Shown: positions 6,243-16,200 of the stretch, one piece after another
Layout: each line of letters opens with the position of its first letter
Position numbering within the stretch: position 1 is the stretch's first letter
IMG/VR virus record: IMGVR_UViG_3300023173_000970
Span: 1 to 24,799 of that record
Direction: 5' to 3' (one strand)
Length of the DNA stretch: 24,799 bases
From: a virus
Taxonomy: Duplodnaviria; Caudoviricetes
The notes under the pieces: generated by a model
Database searches by the model: none
What the model was told of the DNA's origin: nothing
What the model saw: only the letters and a program-made list of their open reading frames with translations
Program-made: the position numbers and the translations under genes

Positions 6243-8095
6243 TCGGTACTGAGGTTGCGAAGGGTGAACTGCTCGCCCTTATCCGTTCGGGTGAGCGGGT
6301 GCGTGACGCGCTGCGGAAGATCGAGAGGTCTCGTTCCTGGTATCAGGATCAGCGTAGGCGTGACTCCGACTGGGCGGCTTTGTGTGACTTCTCCCGCCAT
6401 AAGCGTCTTGAGTTAGTTGCCTCGAATACTGAGAAGGTCGGGTTCTCCGAGTTCTCCGAGAAGTACCTGGGTGTGAAGGTGTGGCCTCACATGCAGAACG
6501 TGGTCGATCTCATGGAGGGGCGCGACCCAGGGTGGCTGCACCCGAGCATGGTGTACGAGAAGGGCACTTCTGGACTGAGCCGGTTGCTCGTTAACGTCCC
6601 GCCCAATCACGCGAAGTCGATGACCGTGAGTATTAATTACGCGACGTATCGGGTGTGCAAAGACCCGAACATCAACGTGATTATCGTGAGCAAGACTCAA
6701 GATCAGGCTAAGAAGTTCTTGTACGCGATTAAGCAACGGTTGACCCACCCCCGCTACGCGGAGATGCAGGCGGCGTTCGGCCCTACTGACGGGTTCAAGG
6801 CTTCCGCTGATGAGTGGTCTGCTACCCGCGTTTACTTGGGGGGCGACCGGGACAGCGACTCCAAAGACCCAACCATCGAAGCCATCGGCATGGGTGGAAT
6901 GATTTATGGATCGCGTGCGAACCTCATCATCCTCGACGATGTTGTGACGCTAACCAACTCGTCCGATTGGCGTAAGCAGCAAGACTGGATCAGGCAGGAA
7001 GTTGCGTCCCGTCTCCCACCGAGGGGCGGTCAGTTACTTGTTGTTGGTACCCGCGTCGCCTCGATTGACTTGTATAAAGAGTTGCGTAACGCGGAGCATT
7101 ACACGGACGGGAAAGTCCCGTGGAGTTACCTGGCTATGCCAGCCGTGTTGGAGTCCAAGGAAGACCCGAAGGATTGGGTGACCTTGTGGCCTAAGTCCGA
7201 GCAGACACTCATGGAAGATGATGTGCCGGACGAAAATGGAAACTTCGAGCGGTGGAGTGGCGAGCGCCTATCCCAAGTTCGTAACGAGGTCGGGCCGAGT
7301 AAGTGGAGCCTGGTCTATCAAAATCTTGACGTAGCCGAGGACGCGATATTCGATCCCGTCTGCGTAAAGGGTTCCGTGAATGGCATGAGGAGTGTTGGCC
7401 CCCTGTCGTCCGGTGTCGCTGGTCACCCGAAAGACCCTGAAGGCTTCTACCGGGTGGTTGGTATTGATCCAGCGATGAGTGGCGATACGGCTTCCGTCGC
7501 CTATGCCGTAGACCGGAGAAGTGGTAAGCGTTATGTGATGGATGTCGATGTGATGACATCGCCTTCGCCAGCCGCGATCAGGACGCTGATTCGTAATTGG
7601 GCAGAGCGGTACAGACCGCAGACTATTGTTGTGGAGTCCAATGCGTTTCAGTTGTTTCTGACTCAGGACGAGGAAATCAGATCGTTCCTGGCAAGCAAGG
7701 GAATCTCTTACCGGCCCCATCACACAGGCTCAAACAAGCAAGACCCTGAGTTCGGTGTGGCCTCCCTCGCTCCCCTGTTTGGTTCAAAGACGACGCGAGA
7801 AGGTCAACTAACCACGAAGCACGCTGGCGACAATCTCATCGAGTTGCCTGCCACTACAAATGAAAACGTCAGGAAACTGGTCGAGCAACTAATCACCTGG
7901 CAGGCGGGGGTTCCCCCGAAGAAACTGAAGCAAGACGCTGTGATGGCTTTATGGTTCGCCGAACTTGTTGCTCGTGAGCAGTTGTTCCGCATCAACAGCA
8001 ACTACCAAACAAATTTCATGTCTACTGAGTTCGTTACCAGGGGCGATAGAAGCGCCCAGTTCACGGTAAACCTCAATGATGTCATTTCCGTATAG
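6209..8095 (+). CDS. terL: terminase large subunit with N-terminal HTH-like extension (628 aa)
   Basis: Walker A VPPNHAKS, Walker B LIILDD, motif III VGTR, nuclease GIDPA...VESN...QDAVMA; upstream of the portal. Confidence 0.95.
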   Translation: MGQGDRSGRRVVGTEVAKGELLALIRSGERVRDALRKIERSRSWYQDQRRRDSDWAALCDFSRHKRLELVASNTEKVGFSEFSEKYLGVKVWPHMQNVVDLMEGRDPGWLHPSMVYEKGTSGLSRLLVNVPPNHAKSMTVSINYATYRVCKDPNINVIIVSKTQDQAKKFLYAIKQRLTHPRYAEMQAAFGPTDGFKASADEWSATRVYLGGDRDSDSKDPTIEAIGMGGMIYGSRANLIILDDVVTLTNSSDWRKQQDWIRQEVASRLPPRGGQLLVVGTRVASIDLYKELRNAEHYTDGKVPWSYLAMPAVLESKEDPKDWVTLWPKSEQTLMEDDVPDENGNFERWSGERLSQVRNEVGPSKWSLVYQNLDVAEDAIFDPVCVKGSVNGMRSVGPLSSGVAGHPKDPEGFYRVVGIDPAMSGDTASVAYAVDRRSGKRYVMDVDVMTSPSPAAIRTLIRNWAERYRPQTIVVESNAFQLFLTQDEEIRSFLASKGISYRPHHTGSNKQDPEFGVASLAPLFGSKTTREGQLTTKHAGDNLIELPATTNENVRKLVEQLITWQAGVPPKKLKQDAVMALWFAELVAREQLFRINSNYQTNFMSTEFVTRGDRSAQFTVNLNDVISV

Positions 8096-8103
8096 AAGGT
8101 TGT

Positions 8104-9852
8104 ATGGCGACGTATAACGAGCGTTTCGAGCAGATTCGTATGCGCTTCTCTGAGCGCGACAAAAAAATGAGCATGGTTGCCGAGGCGCGTAACGGGAACC
8201 TGGGATCGGTCTACCCCTCCCTGTTCCCCGAGGGCCAATGGTCCCAGCCCATCGTCGCCAACATGATCGACATTGTTGCTAAAGACTTGTCCGAGCAGAT
8301 CGGTGTTCTCCCCACTATCTCCGCTTCCGGTGACTCAGCCCTCGATGAGAGTGCTCGAACGAAAGCCGACAAGCGCACGAAGATAGCGAACTACTACCTC
8401 GCCAAGTCGAAGATGAGTAGCGAGATTATTCGCGCCGCTGACCAACTGATTACCTTCGGTTTCGTTCCCCTGCGCGTGGAGCCAAACTTCAAGGACGGTG
8501 CTCCCCACATCAGCGTCGAGCACTCGATGGGCACCTACTGGGATCAAGACCGCTTCGGTGAGATGCGCGTCTTCTGCAACAGTTTCCGCAGGAAGGTCGG
8601 CGATCTAGCCGCCATGTTCCCCGAACTGGCAGACAAGATCCGCTCGTCCCGCCGCGACGACAACTCCTACATCAACGTTATCCGTTGGACAACCCCAGAC
8701 GAGATCGTCATGTTCACGGAAACCGATGTAGTGCTGACTCGTCAGGAAAACATGATGGGTGTCATCCCCGTTGCCTTGGCGAAGCGACCCACGTTCGACG
8801 GAGGGGTATCTGGTCAATTTGACGACGTTCTGCCCGTGTATGCAGCAAAGGCACGGCTGGCGCTACTCATGTTGGAGGCCACTCAGAAGAGTGTTGAGGC
8901 TCCACTAGCAATCCCGCAGGACGTTACCCAGTTGAACGTGGGGCCGGATTCGGTCATCCGAAGCAACACGCCAGAGAAGATCCGGCGCGTAAGCCTGGAT
9001 GTACCGCCTTACTCGTTCGCAGAGAACAACATTCTGAGCGACGAGTTGAAGTACGGAACTCGATTCCCCGAGTCACGAGCCGGTCAAGCCGACGGATCTA
9101 TCGTCACAGGTCAGGGCGTGAAGGCTCTACAGGCCGCGTTTGACCAGCAAGTCAAGGTCTCGCAAGCCATCCTGGGTGAAGCATTGGGTGAGGCGATCAG
9201 CCTTTCCATGCGCTGCGATGAGGTTTACTTCAACAATCGCGTCAACCAAGTTTCAGGCAAGGTCAACGGAGTACCGTTCAGCCTCAAGTACACGCCGCGC
9301 ACCGACATTCAGGGCAACTACGGCGTGAACGTTGACTACGGGCTTCTCGCTGGCCTCGATCCCAACCGTGCTCTAGTTTTCGCGCTACAGGCGCGGGGCG
9401 ACAAGTTGATCTCACGATCCTTCACTCGCCGACATCTACCTATCCAGATCAACCCATCCGAAGAAGAGCGTGCGGTTGATATGGAGGACATGCGTGACTC
9501 TTTGAAGCAAAGCATTCAGGCTCTCGCTTCAGCGATTCCCGCTTTGGCTACCCAGGGTCAAGACCCCATGAAGGTTGTCAACTCTCTTGCGACCGTGATT
9601 GACGAGCGCAAGAAGGGAACGCCAATCGAAGAAGCGGTGAAGCAAGCGTTTGAGCCGCCCAAAACTGAACAGCAAGAACAGCAACAACCCCGAGAAGAAC
9701 AGATTCCAGGGCTACCAGAAAACACAGCCATGCCGGGTGCGGAAGTCCAGCAGCCGCAGGCACCGATGTCTATGCAGAACCTTCTTGCAGGACTTTCCGG
9801 TTCGGGTAGCCCAGTTCTTAAGGGAAACATTCAGCGACAAATTCCAGCGTAG
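8104..9852 (+). CDS. portal protein (582 aa)
   Basis: Directly after terL; size; helical composition; Q/P-rich C-terminal tail typical of podovirus-type portals. Confidence 0.85.
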   Translation: MATYNERFEQIRMRFSERDKKMSMVAEARNGNLGSVYPSLFPEGQWSQPIVANMIDIVAKDLSEQIGVLPTISASGDSALDESARTKADKRTKIANYYLAKSKMSSEIIRAADQLITFGFVPLRVEPNFKDGAPHISVEHSMGTYWDQDRFGEMRVFCNSFRRKVGDLAAMFPELADKIRSSRRDDNSYINVIRWTTPDEIVMFTETDVVLTRQENMMGVIPVALAKRPTFDGGVSGQFDDVLPVYAAKARLALLMLEATQKSVEAPLAIPQDVTQLNVGPDSVIRSNTPEKIRRVSLDVPPYSFAENNILSDELKYGTRFPESRAGQADGSIVTGQGVKALQAAFDQQVKVSQAILGEALGEAISLSMRCDEVYFNNRVNQVSGKVNGVPFSLKYTPRTDIQGNYGVNVDYGLLAGLDPNRALVFALQARGDKLISRSFTRRHLPIQINPSEEERAVDMEDMRDSLKQSIQALASAIPALATQGQDPMKVVNSLATVIDERKKGTPIEEAVKQAFEPPKTEQQEQQQPREEQIPGLPENTAMPGAEVQQPQAPMSMQNLLAGLSGSGSPVLKGNIQRQIPA

Positions 9853-9860
9853 GAGAAAAA

Positions 9861-10016
9861 ATGATTGGAACTCAAGGCGGTAACGCATCTGCACCTGTGG
9901 CGCAGCCCTGCAAATGCTCGCGTTATGGCGGTTCTGTGCCCGGTGGTGGCACTCAGCAGCGTCCCCAGGGTGACAAGCCCAAGGGTATCGGTGCTGGCGG
10001 CAGCAACCTGAAGTAG
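9861..10016 (+). CDS. small Gly/Pro-rich protein (51 aa, MIGTQGGNASAPVAQP...)
   Basis: Translated by hand; AGGAG SD; fills the gap after the portal. Confidence 0.75.
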   Translation: MIGTQGGNASAPVAQPCKCSRYGGSVPGGGTQQRPQGDKPKGIGAGGSNLK

Positions 10017-10018
10017 TT

Positions 10019-10255
10019 ATGCCAGGAAATTACGACGACAGTATGGGTCGGCGCTTGGCTAAGAACTTTGGAATGAACTTGAAGCCGGGTAAAAAGCGTT
10101 ACAAGTCGAAGAAGAAGAACGCGAAGCAGGCGATCCTTAAGGACGACGCACGCGGTTACCGCAAGCGTCGCGTTGAAGAACTGCGTGCCGACAAGAACCA
10201 CGACATGTTGCAGCACTTCATTGGGAAGAACGCCACGCGCAAACCCCGTAACTAG
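10019..10255 (+). CDS. small Lys/Arg-rich protein (78 aa)
   Basis: ORF track; tight packing with neighbours. Confidence 0.75.
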   Translation: MPGNYDDSMGRRLAKNFGMNLKPGKKRYKSKKKNAKQAILKDDARGYRKRRVEELRADKNHDMLQHFIGKNATRKPRN

Positions 10256-10263
10256 AGGAAACA

Positions 10264-12459
10264 ATGGCTAAGAGAAAATTTGGTGAGCCGCCAGGTCAAA
10301 CCCGAACGAAGAGGCAAACCAAGAAAAAGGGAAACCGCTACTCGAAGTTCGGATTAGGTCCGGCTTTTGTGGGGGATGTCGCTAAGGGACTCGGTGAAGA
10401 CCTAGTAAGTATGGGTAAGACCGCGTTCGATCCGCGCCTGCCATTCATGCGGGGGAAGGACGCTGAGAAGGCGAAGCGAGACGCTGCCCTTCTAGGGATG
10501 ACCGTTATCCCTGGTGGCAAACTCATAAAGCCGATTGCCAAGGCAGCGAAGACCGCGAAGAAGACCACGAAAACTCCTGGCACTTCCACCGTCAAGAAGA
10601 CGACGAAGAAGGCAGCCGAGAAAAAGGCAGCGGCTAAGAAGACAACCAAGAAGACCACGGCTAAGAAGACCCCTACTCTCCAACTTAGGAAAGTTCCCCC
10701 GAACTTTAAGAATCTTCCGCGCCCCAAGTCGGTCAAGCCCGGTGCTCCCAAGAAGCCCCAGTTTATGATTGATAAGCAACGGGCGGCAGACCTTAAGAAA
10801 CTTGGTGACACGGGTAAGCGTGGTCGTCCACAGCCTAAGCCCAAAGATTTAAAGACAGACGCTCCTGGTGGTTCGACCAGCCCAGGGTTCACAAAAAAGC
10901 GTTCTCCTAAGTACGAGCCTGAGCCGACAACGGCTCGACCCGTTTCACCGGCTAAGAGCGGTGAGGCTCGCACTACCCCGATGAGCACCAAAGAGGTAGA
11001 GGACACTCTTGGTAAGTTGGGATTCAAGCGAAGCGAGACTGGACTCGAAGGCGCGTACAAGCGTTACAAGAGCAAAGGTCTTGACAAACCCAAGACCCGC
11101 ACAAAAGGTGTAACAAAGAAGACCTCCGCTCAGCGCGAGGCTTCGGAAGCACAGGTCGAGCGCAGGAAGAAGGCTGGTGGCAGTCAGGCATTAAAGGACG
11201 CGATCAGGAACCCGAAACTTGGTGGTGATGTTTCCATCGCCAAGATGTCTCCTGCTGAACTCAAGAAGGCTTTGTCTAACCCAAGAAGTTCTGAGTCTCG
11301 CCTAATGAAGACTCTTGAGAAGCGAGCCAGGCGCGGGAATCTGCGCGAAGGTGAGATGCAGGTTCTCAACCGGCTTCGGGATAACGCTCCGAAGGCAAGC
11401 AATCAAAGGCAAACCGAAGGCTTGATGCGAGATGGCATTCGATCCGTCGGTCAAGGTCAGGCAGAAGGTGGCTCTAAGGCTGGATTCGTAAACCCGCCGC
11501 GTAACGTCAAGGCCAGTAATCCGAAGTGGCGAGGCGAAGGCGGCAAAGACGCGCCGAAGGGTCCAGAAGGTAAATCCGGTACAGCCAAGCGTGGCGACAA
11601 GGTAACCGAGAGGGCTAAGGAAGAAGACGGCGTAACCCGCATTAAGGGTAAGGGCGGTCAAGCACGCAGGGTGATCGCACCAAGCACAGATGTTGCTGTT
11701 GCCCGTGGCGGTCCTCGCGGTCGCCGCGTTGGTGGGGGTGCCACATCTGGTCGTAAGCCAATCGCCCTCGGCTCCGGCAGGAGAACGCCAAGCAAAGATG
11801 TAGTTCGTGGCGAAGTAGTCCGTGGAGGTAGAACTAGCGGTGGCAGCAAGGGGCGCACAGCGAAGCCCGTTGATCTCAAGACCAGGCCCGTTGGTGGCGG
11901 TCGTGGAAGTTCCGGTCGCGGCCCTGCTGCTCGTGGTACTGCTGGTCGTGGTGCTGCTCGCGCTGCTATCGGATCTAGTGCTGCAAAAGGCAAGGGCAAG
12001 GGAAAGAAAGCCAGGGACATAACTCCTGTTGCTGCTGCTGTAGGTGCGGGTGGATTTGCCGCAAGCAAGGCAGGCGGCGTAGCCGAGAGGACTGCCCCGA
12101 AGGAATCGGACAAGGACAAGGTAACTCCTCGCCCGAAGAAGCCCACGAGCCAGTTGCGGGATAAGTACGGTCGCAAGATTGATCGCGCCGAGTTCAACCG
12201 ACGCGAGGCTTACCGCAAGTCCCTTGAGGGTATGACCGAAGCGGAGAAGAAGAAGGCTCGCAAGGCCGAGATGAAGCGCCGGGAGGCGTACCGCGCCCGT
12301 AAGGGTAAGGGAGCGAACATCATTACCCGCAACCTTGACCTGAAAGAAGGCGTATCTAGCCGCAAGGTCAACAAGGAAATGAAGGCTGCTGCCGGTAAGG
12401 GTGGCAATCGTCAAGCGGCAATCGACGCTCGAAAGAAGTACCAGAGAAAGAAGAAGTAA
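10264..12459 (+). CDS. very large basic low-complexity protein with histone-H1-like K/A/T tract (731 aa)
   Basis: GAGG SD; KKTTKKAAEKKAAAKKTTKKTTAKK tract; RGG/GR-rich segment; few hydrophobic residues. Confidence 0.85.
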   Translation: MAKRKFGEPPGQTRTKRQTKKKGNRYSKFGLGPAFVGDVAKGLGEDLVSMGKTAFDPRLPFMRGKDAEKAKRDAALLGMTVIPGGKLIKPIAKAAKTAKKTTKTPGTSTVKKTTKKAAEKKAAAKKTTKKTTAKKTPTLQLRKVPPNFKNLPRPKSVKPGAPKKPQFMIDKQRAADLKKLGDTGKRGRPQPKPKDLKTDAPGGSTSPGFTKKRSPKYEPEPTTARPVSPAKSGEARTTPMSTKEVEDTLGKLGFKRSETGLEGAYKRYKSKGLDKPKTRTKGVTKKTSAQREASEAQVERRKKAGGSQALKDAIRNPKLGGDVSIAKMSPAELKKALSNPRSSESRLMKTLEKRARRGNLREGEMQVLNRLRDNAPKASNQRQTEGLMRDGIRSVGQGQAEGGSKAGFVNPPRNVKASNPKWRGEGGKDAPKGPEGKSGTAKRGDKVTERAKEEDGVTRIKGKGGQARRVIAPSTDVAVARGGPRGRRVGGGATSGRKPIALGSGRRTPSKDVVRGEVVRGGRTSGGSKGRTAKPVDLKTRPVGGGRGSSGRGPAARGTAGRGAARAAIGSSAAKGKGKGKKARDITPVAAAVGAGGFAASKAGGVAERTAPKESDKDKVTPRPKKPTSQLRDKYGRKIDRAEFNRREAYRKSLEGMTEAEKKKARKAEMKRREAYRARKGKGANIITRNLDLKEGVSSRKVNKEMKAAAGKGGNRQAAIDARKKYQRKKK

Positions 12460-12626
12460 TGCCCGGTCGAGTCTTTTGGAAAAACCCAAATCCCACGAAG
12501 AAGAAGAACCGGAAGAAGATGACCCCAGGCGAGAAAAGCGAGGCGGCTCGTCGAGCAAGCGCCAAGGGTCGTCGCTACCCGAATCTCGTGGATAACTCAG
12601 CGGTCATTCGCAAGCGTAATAAGTAG
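12459..12626 (+). CDS. small basic protein (55 aa, MPGRVFWKNPNPTKKK...GRRYPNLVDN...)
   Basis: Translated by hand; TAATG overlap; FW..NP...YPNLVDN motif recalled from phage proteins. Confidence 0.8.
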   Translation: MPGRVFWKNPNPTKKKNRKKMTPGEKSEAARRASAKGRRYPNLVDNSAVIRKRNK

Positions 12627-12638
12627 TAGGAGGTAGTC

Positions 12639-13067
12639 GTGCCGCCTGGTGGATACCAAGCACCACGAAAGCCTGCACCCGTAAGCGGCCCTGGTGCGCT
12701 ATCAGAAAGAACTGACGGCGCACCGGGGCAATCAATTAAAGACTTGCCCAACGCCGGGTACGGAGAGCAGAAGGACTTCCAGCAATTACAGAAGTCGGCA
12801 AAGATGGCGAAGGCTGCCTCGATGCCAAAGGTCACTCCGCTTGATGCTCCTACGGAACGACCGGACGAACCGATTACCGAAGGTAACTCGCTGGGTCCAG
12901 GTCGAGGGCCGGAGTCTTACGGGATTTCACGCAACGTCTCAGAACTCTCGCAGATGGAGATAAGTGATATTGCCCAGTCGTTACCTCTGTTGGAGGGGGC
13001 GGCTAACGATCCGAACGCTCCGCGTTCATTTGTCCGATTCGTTCGCTACTTGAGAGACAATGCCTAG
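12639..13067 (+). CDS. putative virion-associated protein (142 aa; PAPVSGPGALSERTDG motif)
   Basis: GTG start with AGGAGG SD; position in the structural operon. Confidence 0.85.
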   Translation: MPPGGYQAPRKPAPVSGPGALSERTDGAPGQSIKDLPNAGYGEQKDFQQLQKSAKMAKAASMPKVTPLDAPTERPDEPITEGNSLGPGRGPESYGISRNVSELSQMEISDIAQSLPLLEGAANDPNAPRSFVRFVRYLRDNA

Positions 13068-13212
13068 CCTTCCAGAAGATATTTCCGCAGCCGTAGACGC
13101 TTTAGGTGTTGAGCCTGTCGGAATTATTTGGGGTATCGGCATGACTCCGTGGGAGTCTGCTGAGCAGCGTGACTCATTCCTTCGAGCCATTACTGGCGGT
13201 CGAAATGGGTAG
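13060..13212 (+). CDS. small hypothetical protein (50 aa, MPSLPEDISAAVDALG...)
   Basis: Translated by hand; overlaps both neighbours by 8 nt. Confidence 0.7.
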   Translation: MPSLPEDISAAVDALGVEPVGIIWGIGMTPWESAEQRDSFLRAITGGRNG

Positions 13213-16200
13213 GTTCATTGGTGACGAAGCGGCAACCTTGACTCCTGCCGATAATCTCGGTAAGCCAATCAAGGATGCGTCAGAAGAAACTCGTCAGCAG
13301 ATGATTGAGGCTGATCGAGTGCGGCAACGAATGGCCCTTCAGGAAGAAGCCGAAACTCCCAATCTCGTTCAGCGATTCCTCAATCCCGCCCTAAACGCTG
13401 TTGATTCCGGCATCGAAAAAATAGATAACTTTTACAAAGAGACGGAACAGAATTACACCGCTCTCATTGATTTTGCTGGTAGCGCAGTTACGGGTAATGA
13501 GCGACTAACGCTGGAAGATACCTACAAGGTCTCCCCCGGTCAGGCTATTGAAGCGAACATAGAGGCTCTATTCGATGACAGCGTTCGGTTGGCTGACGAT
13601 GACTGGCGTGAGTCCCAATGGGGTGTGTCTAACCGCAACCCACTCGATGATGACTTCAATGTCAACTATTCGACTGGTGCCCTTGACTTCGCCGTTGACT
13701 GGTATCTCGATCCACTTGTCCTCGGGTCCAAGTTTACAAAGGTTCTACGTTTCGGTACGGCATTCGGTAAGCCCATTCCTGGCATGGCGGGTGGCCTAAC
13801 GCACCGCTTAACATCCGGCAAGGCTGGCGCAAAAGTAATACAGCAGGTCGGTAATGACATTGACCAGGCAATCGCCAACCCCAGTAGTCAGGTGGGAAGC
13901 GTCGGCAAAATAAATCAGATGGCTAGGGATCTAGCCAAGAACGATTACAACTACGCGCTCACGGTGCGAGAGTTTCGAGGCCCAAATCAGGGAGCCTTGG
14001 CTACGGCAGCGTCATTGATAGATGACGAGAGAACCATGAAGGTGTTTCTCGGGGCGATGACTGGTTCGCAGCGCCACATTGACGAACTGGCGAACATCAG
14101 GAATGACATCTACACGAATGTTATGAAGTTGGCTCATCCTGATGTGTACGAGCGTCTTGCGGTGCATACGGCAGAGTCGAAAATGCCCGTCGCGCTAGAG
14201 CGTTTCCTCGAACCCGGCGCTGACGGCGTGAAGCGCATCGAGGCTATGGCTGACAATAGCGAAGAGTTCGCCGACATCCTCCGTGAAATGGGGTACGGCT
14301 ACAGACTTAAGGGAGTTAAGGCCGCTTCCCGTCTTTCGCAGGAAGTCGGCGGCGGTGCGGTCATTCGAGACTGGCGCAGCCCTTACCAGTCTGCTTTGTA
14401 CAAGAAGCGCAATGCCCGTAAGTTGCAAGCGGAGAAGCGCGGCACCTCACCGGCTGCACGCGAGTTTATGTACATAGACAACTTCGGTATTCCCCTTCGC
14501 CTGTTGTCTGCCACCAAGCAGTTCCTTACTGGCAAGGAGACCAACGGCCTCGTCCAGGTGAGGGGCTTGGAGGCCGGTCGAGGCTTTACCGAGATCAGGG
14601 CAGTCGGAACTGACTCCTCGGTTCTGCGTAACTCTGGTTTCGAGCGTGAGGCTTTGGAAATCTGGGGTAAGGCTGTAACCCCAGACGAAAAGTTTGTTGC
14701 GGTCAAGGAGATCGAGAACCGGGCTTTCGAGATCCAGGTCGCTCACTACCTTGGTAAAAGCGATCTCGGTGAGCAGGTGAAAAAACTGTCCGACGAGGAT
14801 CAGCGCAAGGTGATGAAGGATCTTAACGATCTTCGTAGTGACTTGTACAAAAGGATTGATAAGCGACGGGCTGAGATTCTTCGGATCGCTCGTGACCCGA
14901 AGCGTGCCTACGCCACATACATTGACCCCGATAATGGCGTTCAGGTAGTTTTGGATAAGCGTCTGCGCTCGCAGTTATCTGTTGCTGAGCCGATGCTGGA
15001 CATGAAAATGTTGCAAAAGACCGCTCGCCTTCTTGTCAGGGACTTTTCTAAGCAGTACGACTTAACAAACGATCTACTGTCTGCCGGTAGTAGGACAAAA
15101 GTTCCCGGCGTGGGCAAGGGTCAAGGCTTCCGAAATTGGAGCGTAAACACGCTCGATACCACTCTCGCCTTGTGGAAGGCTACTGTCCTAATCCGTGCGG
15201 GTTACACGCAGCGCAACCTTTTCGAGAACTCTCTACGTTCCGTTGCCACTATCGGCATCTTGCCGATGATCGCCAGAATGCCTGGTGGTGTAGCGAAGAT
15301 AACGAACAACACCTACAAGCGTGGCAAGAACAGAACCATTGTGAAGCGGTGGAACCGCCTCGCTAATGAAGAGGCTGAAAAGATCGCCAACTTTAAGGCT
15401 CGCATTGCTAGGGGCACTCTTGGTCTTGATGACCAACTAGCGGAGTCAGAGCAGCAACTCGCCGCCCTTTTGGAAAAGATTCGTAAGACCGAACTTAACC
15501 TGACCGGGGACGCGCAGAAAGTATTTGGACTGGAACTATTCAAGGCAACGGGTATCAGGGTTGGGGACGAGTGGTTCACTCCCTGGGATGACGTTACTCG
15601 TGACCTGACTTCGATGGGAAACACCAATCGCCAGACCTTGAACGCCCTGATTGATGGTGAGTCTGACCTGCTGGTTGACAGCCAAAAGTACATCATGGTC
15701 AACCCTGGCGACCCGCAGTATTGGGACGAGTTAGTCCAGTCAGGTATTCAGTTTGTTGAAGATGAGGTTACTAAACGAGTCCTGCAAGGCCAGAGCGCAG
15801 AGTCCATCATCAAGTGGATGAAAAGCCCCAATGCTCGCTACTACCGAGACGACATGAAGACACCCATTCGCGGTGTCTCCGACTACGTTGCAAATCGAGT
15901 TGAGATGGTCGAACGGTACCTGCCAACGGAGAAGTCCAGGCAGATGGTCCTCGATGGAAACGTCTCCCCCGCTCAACTCAAGGCCGAACTGGGGAATCTA
16001 ATCGAGTCAACGATAACCCCGCTCAGCCCGATTCATGGTCGGGAAGTTACGGAAAAAGTTAGAAACTGGGGATTTCGACCCGTTACCAATTGGGTCTTCA
16101 ACCTCATCGGTGATCTACCGGAGACACATCTGAATCGGCAGCCCTTCTACGACACCGTATGGAGGAAAGAGTTCAACGCTCGGGTCGCTAACGCACGGGA

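Noticed and set aside
6807-6813. CTGATGA hammerhead core heptamer (also at 20331-20337)
   Set aside because: Inside coding sequence; no flanking stems or properly placed GAAA seen
11302-12558. 418-aa minus-strand ORF and other antisense ORFs over the basic protein gene
   Set aside because: Shadow frames of a low-complexity, codon-biased plus-strand gene; no SD and no protein-like features
12401-12595. 64-aa ORF from the track
   Set aside because: Overlaps the 731-aa gene; the alternative frame 12459..12626 has a TAATG coupling and a better motif
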